64,000 nucleotides of DNA from an uncultured Phycisphaerales bacterium (GCA_963758525.1 CAVWVQ010000003.1:1216001-1280000); one strand, 5' to 3'; positions 32,002-43,053 are shown, counted from the stretch's first letter. Notes: generated by a model not told the origin, from the letters alone. Numbers and translations are program-made.

Positions 32002-33063
32002 ATGACCATTAAGACTGGCTTGATGATCGTCTCGTTGCTCCTGAGCATCGCCATTGGCGCAATGCTTGCGCACGGGAATCGGGCGGCGGTGCAAAGCTCC
32101 GGCGGCGACGCGCAGCCGGTGATCGGGATGTCGCTGGACACGCTGGCCCAGGCACGCTGGCAGGCTGACAGCGCCGGCTTTAAAAAGCGCGCCGAAGAGC
32201 TGGGGGGCAAGGTGCTCATCCAGGCCGCCAACGGCGACGACACGCAGCAGATCAGAGACGTGCAGTCGCTGCTCTCCGATCATCTCGACGTGCTGGTCAT
32301 CGTCGCCCACGACGGCGCGGCAATGGCCAAAGGCGTCCGGCTCGCGCATGATGCAGGCGTTCCCGTCATTGCCTACGACCGCATGATCCTCAACTGCGAT
32401 CTCGATCTTTACATGAGCTTCGACAACGTGAAGGTCGGGCGGCTGCAGGCACAGTGGGTTCTCGATCATCTTCCCCAGCCGGGCCATGGGAGGATCGTCC
32501 GCGTCAGCGGTTCGAAGACGGACAACAACGCATTTCTATTCAAGCAGGGTCAGGACGAGGTGCTCAAACCCTACATCGATCGCGGCGATGTGCAGATTGT
32601 CTGGGACGACTGGGCCGACGATTGGAAGCCGGATAACGCGAAGCGCATCACCAATGCCGCCATCACCAAGCTGGGGCGCAACGGTTTCGACGCGGTGCTT
32701 GCCGCGGCTGACTGCGTCACGGGGGGCGTGGTGCAGGCGCTCACCGAAGAGGGGATCGCCGGAAAAGTGCTGGTGACCGGACAGGATGCGGATCTGGTGG
32801 CGTGCCAGCGAATCGTGTCGGGCGGCACGCAGTCGATGACGATCTACAAGCCGCTGAAGAAGCTGGCGAGCAGCGCGGCGGAGGTCGCCGTCAAGCTCGC
32901 GCATCACAAGCCGATCATCGCCACGCAGGCCGTCAATAACGGGCAGATCAACGTGCCCTCGATCCTCGGCGACATCTACGCGATCGACAAGGACAACATG
33001 ATGCAGCTCGTCGTGGGCGATGGTTTTCACACCAAAGAAGAGATCTATGGCGCCGGAAAGTGA
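32002..33063 (+). CDS. xylF: Sugar (D-xylose-type) ABC transporter substrate-binding protein
   Basis: RWQAD, PVIAYDRMI, SFDNVKVG, TDNNA, TGQDAD and QSMTIYKP. Confidence 0.85.
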   Translation: MTIKTGLMIVSLLLSIAIGAMLAHGNRAAVQSSGGDAQPVIGMSLDTLAQARWQADSAGFKKRAEELGGKVLIQAANGDDTQQIRDVQSLLSDHLDVLVIVAHDGAAMAKGVRLAHDAGVPVIAYDRMILNCDLDLYMSFDNVKVGRLQAQWVLDHLPQPGHGRIVRVSGSKTDNNAFLFKQGQDEVLKPYIDRGDVQIVWDDWADDWKPDNAKRITNAAITKLGRNGFDAVLAAADCVTGGVVQALTEEGIAGKVLVTGQDADLVACQRIVSGGTQSMTIYKPLKKLASSAAEVAVKLAHHKPIIATQAVNNGQINVPSILGDIYAIDKDNMMQLVVGDGFHTKEEIYGAGK

Positions 33064-34615
33064 GCCTGTCCGTCCCATCCTGACGGCGGAAAATCTCGTC
33101 AAGCGATTTCCGGGCGTGATCGCGCTCAAGGGCGTCAGCTTCGATTTGCGCCCCGGCGAAATTCACGCGCTGTGCGGCGAGAACGGCGCGGGAAAATCCA
33201 CGCTCATCAAAACGCTCGGCGGAATCCACGCGGCCGGAAGCTACGAGGGAACGATCCGGGTCAACGGAGAGATCGCCTCCTTCACCGGCCCCAAAGACGC
33301 GGAAAAAGCGGGTGTTGCCGTCATCTATCAGGAGCTGGCGCTGGTGCCGGAGATGACGGTCGCGGAAAACGTCTTCCTCGGCTCCGAGCCGCGCCGATTG
33401 GGCGGGCTGGCGATCGACTGGCAAAGCGTCTACCGGGAATCGCGCAAGCTGCTCGACCGCTTCGGCCTTCACATCGACCCGACGGCAAAGGTCGAGACGC
33501 TCGGCGTGGGCCATCGCCAGCTCGTCGAAATCGCCAAGGCACTCTCGAAGGACACGCGCGTTTTGATTCTCGACGAGCCGACCGCCGCGCTGACCGAGCA
33601 GGAAGTCGATGTGCTGCTGGAGATCCTGCGCGACCTGCGCCGGCGGGGAATCGCTCTGATTTACATCAGCCACAAGCTAGACGAAGTATTCGCGATCGCC
33701 GACCGCATCACCGTGCTGCGCGACGGGAGCAGCATCATCACGCTCGGCGCATCGGCCGCGACGAAGCACGACGTCATTCGCCACATGGTCGGCCGTGAAA
33801 TCACGGATTTGTTTCCCCGCCGGGCTTCATCGCCGGGCCCGGTGAAACTGTCGGTGCGCGATCTGTCGGTCGCGCTGCACCGGATGGGCGAAGACATTCT
33901 TTCCGACATCAGCTTCGACGTCCGCGCCGGCGAAGTGCTGGGGATCGGCGGGCTGATGGGAGCCGGGCGCAGCGAATTGCTGATGCACATTTTCGGCGCG
34001 CTGGGCCGCCGCACGCGGGGCGAAGTTCTGCTGGACGGCCAGACGATCGGGCCGGGCAACACGCCCACCGACAGCATCGCCCGCGGGCTGGTGCTTGTCA
34101 GCGAAGACCGCAAGCGCTATGGCCTGGTTTTGGAGCAATCGATCGGATTCAACCTCTCCCTCTCGTCCCTCGATCGCGTCGCCGGCGTGGGATTGATCAA
34201 CAAGACAAGGGAAGGGCAGCGAAACCAGGAACTATTCGACTCGCTCCGCGTGAAAGCGAACTCGCTGGCCACCGTGGTCCGGACTCTGTCCGGCGGAAAC
34301 CAGCAGAAAGTCGTGCTGGGCAAGGCGCTGCTGACGCACCCGCAGGTGGTGTTCCTCGACGAGCCGACGCGCGGAATCGACATCGGGGCAAAGCTCGAGT
34401 TTTACGAATTGATCAATCGGCTGACCGAATCCGGACAGGCGGTTGTGCTCGTCAGCAGCGAGCTTCCGGAACTGATGGGGATGAGCGACCGCATCATCAT
34501 TCTTGCCGAAGGACGCATCGGCGGAACATTCACGCGCGCCGAGGCAACGCAGGAAAAACTTCTGGCCGCCGCGATGAAACGATCTGAATCGTCCCATGAG
34601 AGGGTTCTGGCATGA
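33047..34615 (+). CDS. xylG: Sugar ABC transporter ATP-binding protein (two NBDs)
   Basis: GENGAGKSTL, LDEPTA, LSGGNQQKV and DEPTRGID. Confidence 0.88.
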   Translation: MAPESEPVRPILTAENLVKRFPGVIALKGVSFDLRPGEIHALCGENGAGKSTLIKTLGGIHAAGSYEGTIRVNGEIASFTGPKDAEKAGVAVIYQELALVPEMTVAENVFLGSEPRRLGGLAIDWQSVYRESRKLLDRFGLHIDPTAKVETLGVGHRQLVEIAKALSKDTRVLILDEPTAALTEQEVDVLLEILRDLRRRGIALIYISHKLDEVFAIADRITVLRDGSSIITLGASAATKHDVIRHMVGREITDLFPRRASSPGPVKLSVRDLSVALHRMGEDILSDISFDVRAGEVLGIGGLMGAGRSELLMHIFGALGRRTRGEVLLDGQTIGPGNTPTDSIARGLVLVSEDRKRYGLVLEQSIGFNLSLSSLDRVAGVGLINKTREGQRNQELFDSLRVKANSLATVVRTLSGGNQQKVVLGKALLTHPQVVFLDEPTRGIDIGAKLEFYELINRLTESGQAVVLVSSELPELMGMSDRIIILAEGRIGGTFTRAEATQEKLLAAAMKRSESSHERVLA

Positions 34616-35847
34616 CCACCACCGCGCACGATCCGCTTCCTCCGCAGAATCCGCTGGGCGGCGCCGCCCCGCAAACAGTTCAGGGTGAAATCGCATACGC
34701 GCCGCCCGAACTGAGGAAACCGGCGTCAAAGGGAATTGCCATCCGCGACGTGACCATGCCGCTGGCGCTGCTGGTGGTCTTTGGATATTTCGGGGCGATG
34801 TCCCCCACCTTTCTTTCGCCGCGCAATCTTTCGATGCTGGCGACGGAGGTTTCGATTACCGCGGTGCTGGCGCTGGGAATGTTCCTGGTGATCCTCCCGG
34901 GACACATCGATCTCTCGGCCGGCAGCGGCGTGGGACTGATCGGCGGAATCGCCGCGGTCATGATCATTCAGCACGGCTGGCCGGCGCCGCTGGCGCTGCT
35001 GGCGGCTACGCTCGCGGCGCTGATCATCTGGTTTGTCATGGGCTCGATGATCGTCAAGGAACGCGTGCCGGCTTTCATTATCACGCTCAGCGGGCTGCTG
35101 ATCTTCCGCGGACTGCACTGGCTGGTGATTCAGAGCAACACCGTGCAGGTGGTGACCGGCGGCGGCTCCAACATCTTCTCCCTGCTGACCACCTACTACG
35201 TCCCCCCCGCCGCGGGGCTGATCGCCGCGGGCATCATCATCGCCGCGATGGGCGTCGGGGCATGGCGGGGGCATCGCCAGAACGCGGACATCGGCGCCGC
35301 CGGCGACGGGGAGATGACGTTCATGCGCGTCTTCGTCACCGGCCAGTTGCTGCTGCTGTTTGTGCTGGTCTGCAATCAATATCGCGGCGTCCCGTTTCCA
35401 GCGGTCATTCTCGGCGTGACCGCGACGGCGGTCTTCGTGCTCACCCGCCACATGCCGTTCGGTCGCTACCTCTACGCGATCGGCGGCAACGAAGAAGCGG
35501 CGCTGGTCAGCGGCGTGCCAGTCGACCGCGTGACGATCTGCGCGTTTCTGATCATGGGTCTGATCGTGGCGATCACTGGATTTCTGCAGACCGCGTATCA
35601 GGGCTCCACGTCGACAACGGTCGGCACTTTGATGGAGCTGGACGCGGTGGCCGCGTGCGTCATCGGCGGAACGAGCCTCAAGGGCGGCCGCGGAACGGTG
35701 GCGGGCGTGCTGATGGGCGCGCTGATCATGGCCGCGCTGCTCAATGGGATGGCCCTAATGGCGGTGAGGCCGGAGTACAAGTACATCGCCCGCGGCGTTG
35801 TCCTGGGCCTGGCGGTCTGGGCGGACGTGCGGCTGGGAAAGAAATGA
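34612..35847 (+). CDS. xylH: Sugar ABC transporter permease
   Basis: HIDLSAGS, GRYLYAIGGNEEAA and ELDAVAACVIGGTS. Confidence 0.88.
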   Translation: MTTTAHDPLPPQNPLGGAAPQTVQGEIAYAPPELRKPASKGIAIRDVTMPLALLVVFGYFGAMSPTFLSPRNLSMLATEVSITAVLALGMFLVILPGHIDLSAGSGVGLIGGIAAVMIIQHGWPAPLALLAATLAALIIWFVMGSMIVKERVPAFIITLSGLLIFRGLHWLVIQSNTVQVVTGGGSNIFSLLTTYYVPPAAGLIAAGIIIAAMGVGAWRGHRQNADIGAAGDGEMTFMRVFVTGQLLLLFVLVCNQYRGVPFPAVILGVTATAVFVLTRHMPFGRYLYAIGGNEEAALVSGVPVDRVTICAFLIMGLIVAITGFLQTAYQGSTSTTVGTLMELDAVAACVIGGTSLKGGRGTVAGVLMGALIMAALLNGMALMAVRPEYKYIARGVVLGLAVWADVRLGKK

Positions 35848-35849
35848 CC

Positions 35850-36380
35850 TTACATCTCCTCTAGATGCCTGGCATGCTGGCTGCCGTCGCTGAGCGTCGA
35901 AAAATCCGGCGGCTCGACCGGGTCGGTGAGCAGCGGCCGTTTCAACTCGGCGGTAAGCGCCTTCACACGACCGATCAACCACCACGCGATCATCAACGCG
36001 ACGACCGCAGCGACGGCAAATCCGATCGGTAGCAGATGCCACCCCCAGGCGCGCACGCTCTGCACCGTCATCAAAACGAGCTTCATCGCCCCGACGAGCA
36101 GAACGACTGCCCCGATGACGCAGTGCGACCGCTCTCGATAAGCCCCCCGCCGCAGCGCCGCGATATGGCGGATGCGCAATGCGCTGAGCTCATCGTCCTC
36201 CTCCTCGGCTGGGTTTTCCCCTTCCGCGATCACTTGCGGTTCTGCGTCCGCAGGCGCGAGGAGATCCGCGCCGCAGTGCGGACATTGTGTCTGAGACCCG
36301 CCTGCAGGTTCGATCGTTCCGCCGCACTGCGGGCAAACAATCGGCTCCGAATCGCCGGACTGAAGAGACGGCACCTCCAT
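35850..36380 (-). CDS. Hypothetical zinc-ribbon membrane protein
   Basis: CPQC...CPHC followed by two TMs. Confidence 0.7.
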   Translation of the reverse strand: MEVPSLQSGDSEPIVCPQCGGTIEPAGGSQTQCPHCGADLLAPADAEPQVIAEGENPAEEEDDELSALRIRHIAALRRGAYRERSHCVIGAVVLLVGAMKLVLMTVQSVRAWGWHLLPIGFAVAAVVALMIAWWLIGRVKALTAELKRPLLTDPVEPPDFSTLSDGSQHARHLEEM

Positions 36381-36392
36381 TTTCAGCCTCGC

Positions 36393-37655
36393 TCATTTTT
36401 TTGCGAATGCGCAGACCTTCTCCGAGGTGCGGACGAAGACTTTTCCGTCAGCGACCGCGATCGTCGCCCGGCACGGCGCTCCCCCAAGAGAGGTCTGCGA
36501 CAGGATCTTGAAATGATCGGCGGCGAGGAGCCACACGTCGCCCCGCTCATTCATGCAGAAGATTTTCCCATCAGCGCCGGTGGGCGATGCGCGAAACACG
36601 CTGCCCCCTCCCAGGTCGCCGCTCCATTTTTCCTTGCCGCTGACGGGATCAAGGCAGATCAGGCGTTTGCGATCTCCTTCGAGCACGTACAGATTCCCCT
36701 CAAATGCCAGGGGAACGCAGACGTCGCTGGTGAGGTGGCTGGTGCGCCATGCGACGTTTGTCTCCGTCACGTCTCCCGAGCCGCCGTCCTTGATCGCGGT
36801 GATCGGGCCGCTCTTGGGCGCGCAGGCGATGATGAGCCCGTCGATCGGCACGACCGAAGTGATCGTCCGCCAGTGGTTGATCTTTCGCGGATTGTATCCG
36901 CCGCAGCGCCACAGCTCCTTGCCGGTTGCTGCATCGTGTGCGGTGACGGTATCCCCGCCAACGAGAAGCACCTCGGATTTGTCAGCCGCGGCGAGCGGAA
37001 TCGGCGTCGCGTACGATTCCTTGGATTCCCCAATCGCGTCGTTGGGGCGCGCCTGTTTCCACAATTCCTTGCCGGTCATCGGGTCCAGCGCCAGCAGGTA
37101 GGAATCCTCGCTGCGGTGCAGCACCTGCACGAACAGTCTGCCGTCGAAGAGCAACGGGCTGGATGCATAGAGCCATTGCACGTGAAACTCGCCGTAGTCT
37201 TTCTGAATGTTGCGCGACCAGATCGGCTTGCCGTCGATATCGAAAGCCGCCAGATCCCCGCTCCCGAAGTAGAACCAGACGGTTTTCCCATCCGTGACGG
37301 GCGACGGCGAGGCCAGGTTGTTGCGCTCGTTGGCGTCAAAACCATTTCCGATCTGCTTCTGCCAGAGGATCTTTCCGGAGTTTTCGTCGAGGCAGAGGCC
37401 GATCAACTTGCGGTTGGAGTCGATGGTGCTGACGAAAACCTTCCCCCCCGCCACGACCGGGGACGCCGCCGACGCGCCTGAAACCGGCGTGGACCAGACG
37501 AGCGTCTTCTGCGGATCAAGCGTGTCGGGCAAGCCGGTTTCCGAGGACGAGCCGTTGAGATTCGGCCCCCGCCACTGCGGCCAGTCCGCGGCACGCACGG
37601 AGGCGGAACACAGAATCATCAGCAAAGGCAGCGCCCATGAATATTGGAATCGCAT
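36393..37655 (-). CDS. Secreted PQQ-like beta-propeller protein
   Basis: Signal peptide, DWPQWRGP, and repeated D..TGK.LW and SSP motifs. Confidence 0.9.
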   Translation of the reverse strand: MRFQYSWALPLLMILCSASVRAADWPQWRGPNLNGSSSETGLPDTLDPQKTLVWSTPVSGASAASPVVAGGKVFVSTIDSNRKLIGLCLDENSGKILWQKQIGNGFDANERNNLASPSPVTDGKTVWFYFGSGDLAAFDIDGKPIWSRNIQKDYGEFHVQWLYASSPLLFDGRLFVQVLHRSEDSYLLALDPMTGKELWKQARPNDAIGESKESYATPIPLAAADKSEVLLVGGDTVTAHDAATGKELWRCGGYNPRKINHWRTITSVVPIDGLIIACAPKSGPITAIKDGGSGDVTETNVAWRTSHLTSDVCVPLAFEGNLYVLEGDRKRLICLDPVSGKEKWSGDLGGGSVFRASPTGADGKIFCMNERGDVWLLAADHFKILSQTSLGGAPCRATIAVADGKVFVRTSEKVCAFAKK

Positions 37656-37689
37656 ACGCAACCCTCCGCCTGGAAACCCTAATGACTTT

Positions 37690-40600
37690 TCACGACAGCA
37701 ACAACTGCAACTCATCCTTCCCGATCGTCGAGATAATGCTGTTGTCCGCATTGAGAATGGCATCGGCCAGCTCGCGTTTGGTGGCCTGGAGCTGAACGAC
37801 TTTTTCCTCGACCGTGTCCTTTGCAATCAGACGGTAGGCGAAAACCTGGCGCGATTGGCCGATGCGGTGCGCGCGGTCGATGGCCTGCGCCTCCACGGCG
37901 GGATTCCACCAGGGATCGAGCAGGAACACGTATTCCGCGGCCGTCAGGTTCAGGCCCAGGCCGCCGGCCTTGAGGCTGATGAGAAACAATTTGCAATTCT
38001 CGTCGGTCTGGAAACGTTTGACCCGCTCGGCCCGATCGCGGGTTTTGCCGTCGAGATATTCGTAGACGATTTTCTCCTCGTCGAGGCGCTCGCGGACGAT
38101 CGACAGCAGGCTGGTGAACTGCGAGAAGACCAGCGCCTTGTGATTGCCGTCGATCACCTCGGCAAGCTGCGGGAGCAGCGCGTCGAGCTTGGCGCTGCCG
38201 AGGTGGCGATGGCTCTTGTCGATCAGCCCGGGGTGACATGCCGCCTGGCGGAGCCGCAGGAGCGCTTCGAGGATCTGGATCTTGGCCTTGTTGATCCCTT
38301 CCTTCTCAATGCGGTTCATCAGCGACACACGATAGTGATCGCGCAACTCGTCGTAGAGCTTGCGCTGACCGGCGTCCAGCTCGCAGTGAATCGTCTGCTC
38401 GATGCGGGCCGGCAGATCGCGGGCGACCTGCCCCTTGGTGCGCCGCAGGATGAACGGCCGCAGCGCTTTGGCGAGCACCTCGCGCGTTTCCTGCTCGACC
38501 ACGCGCGCACCGGGGCCGGCGGCTTCAAAGGCGCGGGCGCTGCCGAGCATTCCGGGATTGAGAAATTCAAAAAGACTCCACAGCTCGCCCAGATGATTCT
38601 GCACCGGCGTCCCGCTCAGCGCCAGGCGATGATCCCCCTGCAACAGCCGAACGGCCTTGGCCGATCCGCTGGCGGCGTTCTTGATCGCCTGCGCCTCGTC
38701 AAGAATGACGTAGTCGAAGTGGATGTCGCGCATCAGTTCAATGTCGTTCCGCAGCGTGCCATAGGTGGTCAGCACCAGGTCATGCTCGGCAAATGCCTCG
38801 GGGGATTTTCCGCGGAGGGTCCCGGTGTGATCCAGCACCCGCAGCTTTGGCGCAAATCGCAGCGCCTCTTCCATCCAGTTGAAGATGAGCGATCGCGGCG
38901 CGATCACCAGCGAAAGCCCCTTGTTCAACACCGGTTGACCCCCCGCCGCATCCGCGGAGCGCGCGGCCCGGCGCTCTTCGAGCAGGGCCAGAACCTGGAC
39001 GGTCTTTCCCAGCCCCATGTCGTCGGCGAGGCACCCGCCAAAGCGGAAATCGCGGAGGAAGCTCATCCATCCGAGCCCGTCGCGCTGATAGGGGCGAAGG
39101 GTTCCGACAAACCCGGCCGGTGCGTCCATCGGCGCGATGCCGCCGAATTGCAGGAGTTGCTCGCGCGCCTGTTCGAAGAGCTCGTCGCAGCTTGCTTCCG
39201 GCTGCGCCGCCACCAGGGCGTCGAGAAGCCCGATCTGCGTGCGGGCAAACTTGAGATGGTCTCCCTCCTCGACGCCCATGCTCGCCAGCGCGCCGTATTG
39301 CTTGAGCCATTGCTCGGGGAGGACGCCAAGCGATCCATCGCCCAGGAGAATGGTCTTCTCCCCTTTCCGCAGCGCGGCAAGCAGCTCGGGGAGCTTGACG
39401 GTCTGGCCGTCGAAATCCGCTTCGCCGTGCAGTTCAAACCAGTCGATTCCACTGGAGACGTCTATTTTGACTTTGCCCGACTGGCGGTAGAGCTTGCCCT
39501 CGGCTTCCACGTGCCACTTCTGGTCGGTGAGCCGGCGCACGGCGGGCGGAAGGCGCGCGGGCGTCAGAGAAAACTCCTGCCTCTCGTCCAGGGCGCTGTA
39601 TTCGAGCTTAAAGCCCAACGACACGAGAAATGCGACGGCAACGGCCTCGGCGTCGGCATCGCGCAACACCAGCCGCCGTTGCTCGGGGCGATAGACGCCG
39701 GCGCCGGCGTGGCTCATGGGGATGATCGTCCCCTCATAGTCGAAGGAGAGATGACCGACCAGACGCTGCGGGCCGTACACGTCGCGGCGCGGTTGCTCGA
39801 TGCGCAGGCGTGGCTGCGGCTTGGGGGAAACCTGCTCCGGTCGCAGCGATTCGGGCATTTCGAGCGGCGGAAGCTGCGGCAAATCCATCAGCCTTTTGAG
39901 CAGGTCGTCGGCATGGGCCGCCGGAACCGCCAGGGACTTATGGCGTCGCAGGAATTTGATCCACTCGAAGGAATGATGGTCGTCAAAACGGGCGATGTGC
40001 GTGCGCGAGAAGAGAAATCCGCTTTGCGTCAGCAGCAGCGCGTCGTCCAGGCCCATGCGCTGCGCCTCGCGGCGCAACTCGCCGGTGACGATGTAGCGTT
40101 CCGCATCTTGATCGTGCTCGAAGCTCAAGTGGAAGCCCCACGCCGCACCGTCGTCCCATTGCATGGGAAGTTCGGGTTCTTCCGGATCGGTGCGGAGAAA
40201 GCATCTGCCGGTCTGGCAAGCGGTGACCAGCAACGACGCCGCCTGCGCCGGGCGCAGGTAGAAGCGGTGCTCGGACCGGCCCGCGCCGGCGTAGTCGGAA
40301 TAGGCGGTTTTGGCGCCGTGCAATCTGGTGAGAATGTCGCGATCGGCCGGATCGGGCAGCAGATCGACCAGGTTGGCGTCGACATTCCAAGCCCGCTGCG
40401 GCCCCCACGTGCCGTCTTTCTTCAGTTCGCGGCTGGCCAGATCCAGCACGACGCCGTTGCTGCCAAGGGTTTCCCGGGCATCGACGACGTACACGAGCTG
40501 TCGATCCTGCATCGGAAGAGCGACAGACCGCACATTCGATCGCAACATGCTCTCGCGCAGCTCGGCAAGGTGGGACTTCCAGTCGGCCTTGCGCGTGAGC

Positions 40601-41007
40601 GGCTTGGATTGCGTGGCGATACGCCGTTCATTGATCGGGCCGCCCGGCTCGGCTTCGCCGTCGGGGGCTTCCGCTTCGAACGTGGTGTCGTCGGGCATCA
40701 GATGATGGCTGGCGAGTAGCACCCAATCCACCAGCAGCTCGGCGCTGTCCGCCTCCCGGACCACCGCCCAGATATGCCGGCAGATCGCTCCATCGCTTTG
40801 GAAGGTTTCGCAGGTGCATCGGCACGACACGCCACGCCGCACCCGGCGCAGATCCACCCTGTATTCCTCCCCATTTTCAAGAACGCGACCGATAACCTCC
40901 GAGTCCTCCGAGTCCACGGACGTCACGGCGCCCGTTTGAAAGTCCTTTTCGCCATCCAGGAACTCCTGCTTCGCCACGTCCTCTGCAAAATTTCTCGGCA
41001 ACGCCAC
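37690..41007 (-). CDS. SWIM zinc-finger SNF2-family helicase
   Basis: CTC...CRH SWIM finger, LADDMGLGKT, DEAQ, LSGTP, FSQF, GGLGLNL and DRAHRIGQ. Confidence 0.95.
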   Translation of the reverse strand: MALPRNFAEDVAKQEFLDGEKDFQTGAVTSVDSEDSEVIGRVLENGEEYRVDLRRVRRGVSCRCTCETFQSDGAICRHIWAVVREADSAELLVDWVLLASHHLMPDDTTFEAEAPDGEAEPGGPINERRIATQSKPLTRKADWKSHLAELRESMLRSNVRSVALPMQDRQLVYVVDARETLGSNGVVLDLASRELKKDGTWGPQRAWNVDANLVDLLPDPADRDILTRLHGAKTAYSDYAGAGRSEHRFYLRPAQAASLLVTACQTGRCFLRTDPEEPELPMQWDDGAAWGFHLSFEHDQDAERYIVTGELRREAQRMGLDDALLLTQSGFLFSRTHIARFDDHHSFEWIKFLRRHKSLAVPAAHADDLLKRLMDLPQLPPLEMPESLRPEQVSPKPQPRLRIEQPRRDVYGPQRLVGHLSFDYEGTIIPMSHAGAGVYRPEQRRLVLRDADAEAVAVAFLVSLGFKLEYSALDERQEFSLTPARLPPAVRRLTDQKWHVEAEGKLYRQSGKVKIDVSSGIDWFELHGEADFDGQTVKLPELLAALRKGEKTILLGDGSLGVLPEQWLKQYGALASMGVEEGDHLKFARTQIGLLDALVAAQPEASCDELFEQAREQLLQFGGIAPMDAPAGFVGTLRPYQRDGLGWMSFLRDFRFGGCLADDMGLGKTVQVLALLEERRAARSADAAGGQPVLNKGLSLVIAPRSLIFNWMEEALRFAPKLRVLDHTGTLRGKSPEAFAEHDLVLTTYGTLRNDIELMRDIHFDYVILDEAQAIKNAASGSAKAVRLLQGDHRLALSGTPVQNHLGELWSLFEFLNPGMLGSARAFEAAGPGARVVEQETREVLAKALRPFILRRTKGQVARDLPARIEQTIHCELDAGQRKLYDELRDHYRVSLMNRIEKEGINKAKIQILEALLRLRQAACHPGLIDKSHRHLGSAKLDALLPQLAEVIDGNHKALVFSQFTSLLSIVRERLDEEKIVYEYLDGKTRDRAERVKRFQTDENCKLFLISLKAGGLGLNLTAAEYVFLLDPWWNPAVEAQAIDRAHRIGQSRQVFAYRLIAKDTVEEKVVQLQATKRELADAILNADNSIISTIGKDELQLLLS

Positions 41008-41201
41008 GGTCGATTCCTCGCTCTGCTGGGGGCCAAAAAAGTCGAATCGACCATTCTAAGCGACTGGGGCGAAATGCCAAAGGTGACGACAATCGTATCG
41101 ACGCGATTTTTTGTCTTGGCTACCCGAGATCAAGGGGTGTATGATGCCGGTAGCAAAACACGTACCTTGGCGGTCTTTTTTGCCGTAACAGTTGTTCTCT
41201 T

Positions 41202-42716
41202 ATGCAATTAACGCAATCAACCTCGATGCGGATGGATCAGCGGCAACTGCTGACGCCGCGCATGATTCAGAGCATGGAGATTCTTCAGATGCCGCTGATG
41301 GCGCTGGAAGAACGCATCGAGCAGGAGCTGCAAAGCAACCCGGCACTGGAGTTTGCGGAGGGCGAAACCGAAGCCGAGGTGATTCAAGACGCGCCGGACG
41401 CGGCGCAGGAGCGCTCGGAGGGGGAGCAGTCGCTGGTAGTGAAGGAAAATTCGGATCAGGCGGAGGACTTCGAGCGGCTCGCGAAGATCGGCGAATACTT
41501 CGAGAACGAAGAGTTTGCCACCAACGGCGGGAACTTCCGCCAGGCGTCCAGCTACGACGGCGAGCGCGACAAAAAGCTCGACGCCATGAACAACACCGCC
41601 GCCCGAGGGATCACCCTCGTGGATCATCTGCTGGGCCAATGGGCGTTTGTCGAATGCCCTCCCGCCGTGCGCAAAGCCGGCGAAGCGATTATCAATAACA
41701 TTGATCCCGAGGGCTATTTCCGTGCGGATTTTGAGGCGGTCCGAAAAGATTCGAAGGTCCCGCTGGCGCAGGAGGATCTGGAACAGGCCCTCAAGCTCGT
41801 GCAAGGGCTGGAGCCAGCGGGCGTCGGCGCGCGAAATCTGCGGGAATGCCTTCTGCTGCAACTGACCGCAATCGAGCAGGATCAGGACGACGAACGCGCT
41901 CACAAGCACGATTTCGAGCTCGAGCGGTCCCTGATCACCGACCATCTCAAAGATCTGGAGATGAACCGCTATCCGCAGATGAGCCGCAAGCTCGGCCGGA
42001 CCATCGAAGACATCCAGGCGGCGGTGGAGCGGCTGAGCCGCCTGCACCCGTATCCAGGCAAGCAGGTGGGCGGCGACGACGCCCCGCCGATCACGCCTGA
42101 CGCGATTATTTATTACGACGAAGAGACGGATAAGTACGAGATCGAGATGTCCAACGATCCGGCGCCCAACCTCTTCATCAGCGGCCTGTACCGCAAATGG
42201 ATCAAGGACAAATCACAGGATAAGAAAACCCGCGAATTTCTCGCCAACAACGTGCGCAACGCGCGCTGGCTGCTGGAGAGCATTCAGCAGCGCAAGAGCA
42301 CGATCATGCGCGTCATCCGCGCGGTGGTCGATGCGCAGCGGGAGTTCTTCGATAAAGGTCCGGAGTTTCTCCGGCCCCTGCCAATGATCCTGGTCGCCGA
42401 TCAACTCGGCATTCACGTCGCCACCGTCTCCCGCGCCGTCAGCGAAAAATGGATTCAAACCCCCCGTGGCGTCTTTCCGCTGCGCCGCTTCTTCTCCGGC
42501 GGCACGACCAACGCCGAAGGCGAAGACATGAGCTGGGACGCGGTGAAGGAAAAGCTCAAAGTCATCATCGACAACGAAGACCGCTTCAACCCGCTCAACG
42601 ACGACGAGATCGTCGTCAAGCTCAAGGAGCAGGGAATCGATCTCGCACGCCGGACCGTCGCCAAATATCGCAAGATCCTGAACATCGCGACTGCGCGGCA
42701 GCGCAAGCAGTTTTAG
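41202..42716 (+). CDS. rpoN: RNA polymerase sigma-54 factor
   Basis: Gln-rich N-terminus, PAGVGAR, TVSRA and the RpoN box ARRTVAKYR. Confidence 0.97.
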   Translation: MQLTQSTSMRMDQRQLLTPRMIQSMEILQMPLMALEERIEQELQSNPALEFAEGETEAEVIQDAPDAAQERSEGEQSLVVKENSDQAEDFERLAKIGEYFENEEFATNGGNFRQASSYDGERDKKLDAMNNTAARGITLVDHLLGQWAFVECPPAVRKAGEAIINNIDPEGYFRADFEAVRKDSKVPLAQEDLEQALKLVQGLEPAGVGARNLRECLLLQLTAIEQDQDDERAHKHDFELERSLITDHLKDLEMNRYPQMSRKLGRTIEDIQAAVERLSRLHPYPGKQVGGDDAPPITPDAIIYYDEETDKYEIEMSNDPAPNLFISGLYRKWIKDKSQDKKTREFLANNVRNARWLLESIQQRKSTIMRVIRAVVDAQREFFDKGPEFLRPLPMILVADQLGIHVATVSRAVSEKWIQTPRGVFPLRRFFSGGTTNAEGEDMSWDAVKEKLKVIIDNEDRFNPLNDDEIVVKLKEQGIDLARRTVAKYRKILNIATARQRKQF

Positions 42717-42738
42717 AACCTTCTGCAGGGTTTAGGAG

Positions 42739-42828
42739 ACCGAGGGTGCAAGCACCGCTCGGCGTTGGGGATGTTTGTCGGGCTCGGTGGTGTTAGATTG
42801 AACGCCGAGCGGTGCTTGCACCCTCGGT
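42739..42828. repeat. Perfect 28-bp inverted repeat just downstream of rpoN
   Basis: ACCGAGGGTGCAAGCACCGCTCGGCGTT ... AACGCCGAGCGGTGCTTGCACCCTCGGT. Confidence 0.85.
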
Positions 42829-43053
42829 TTCCCCGCCCTCCCGATGCTCCAATCACCCAACTTTGCAACTCTCGTCCGGGTCTTCTCCGACTTCCTGACG
42901 CCCGGGCAGCAGCATCTTGACGGTTTCTGCGCACGGTTTCCCAAATATTGCACGCTTTGAACGCCGGCTCGGTATTTGCGTCTAGCCAAGAGATGCGGGT
43001 CGGCGGTGCGTCGACCCCTATCCATTATCAGAGCGTCTTCAGAGAAATTTATC

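Noticed and set aside
37294..40719. 1141-aa plus-strand ORF, and similar long ORFs at 41-1378, 1038-2987, 3004-4536, 52670-54058 and 61595-63778
   Set aside because: Antisense shadows of well-supported genes in high-GC DNA, with no recognisable motifs.
37690..41007. SNF2 helicase as part of an anti-phage defence island
   Set aside because: No methylase, nuclease or other defence genes are adjacent; it looks like the common standalone SWIM-SNF2 protein.
41167..41184. Sigma-54-like site TTGGCGGTCTTTTTTGCC upstream of rpoN
   Set aside because: GG-to-GC spacing is 11 nt rather than the required 10; only a homopolymer error would rescue it.
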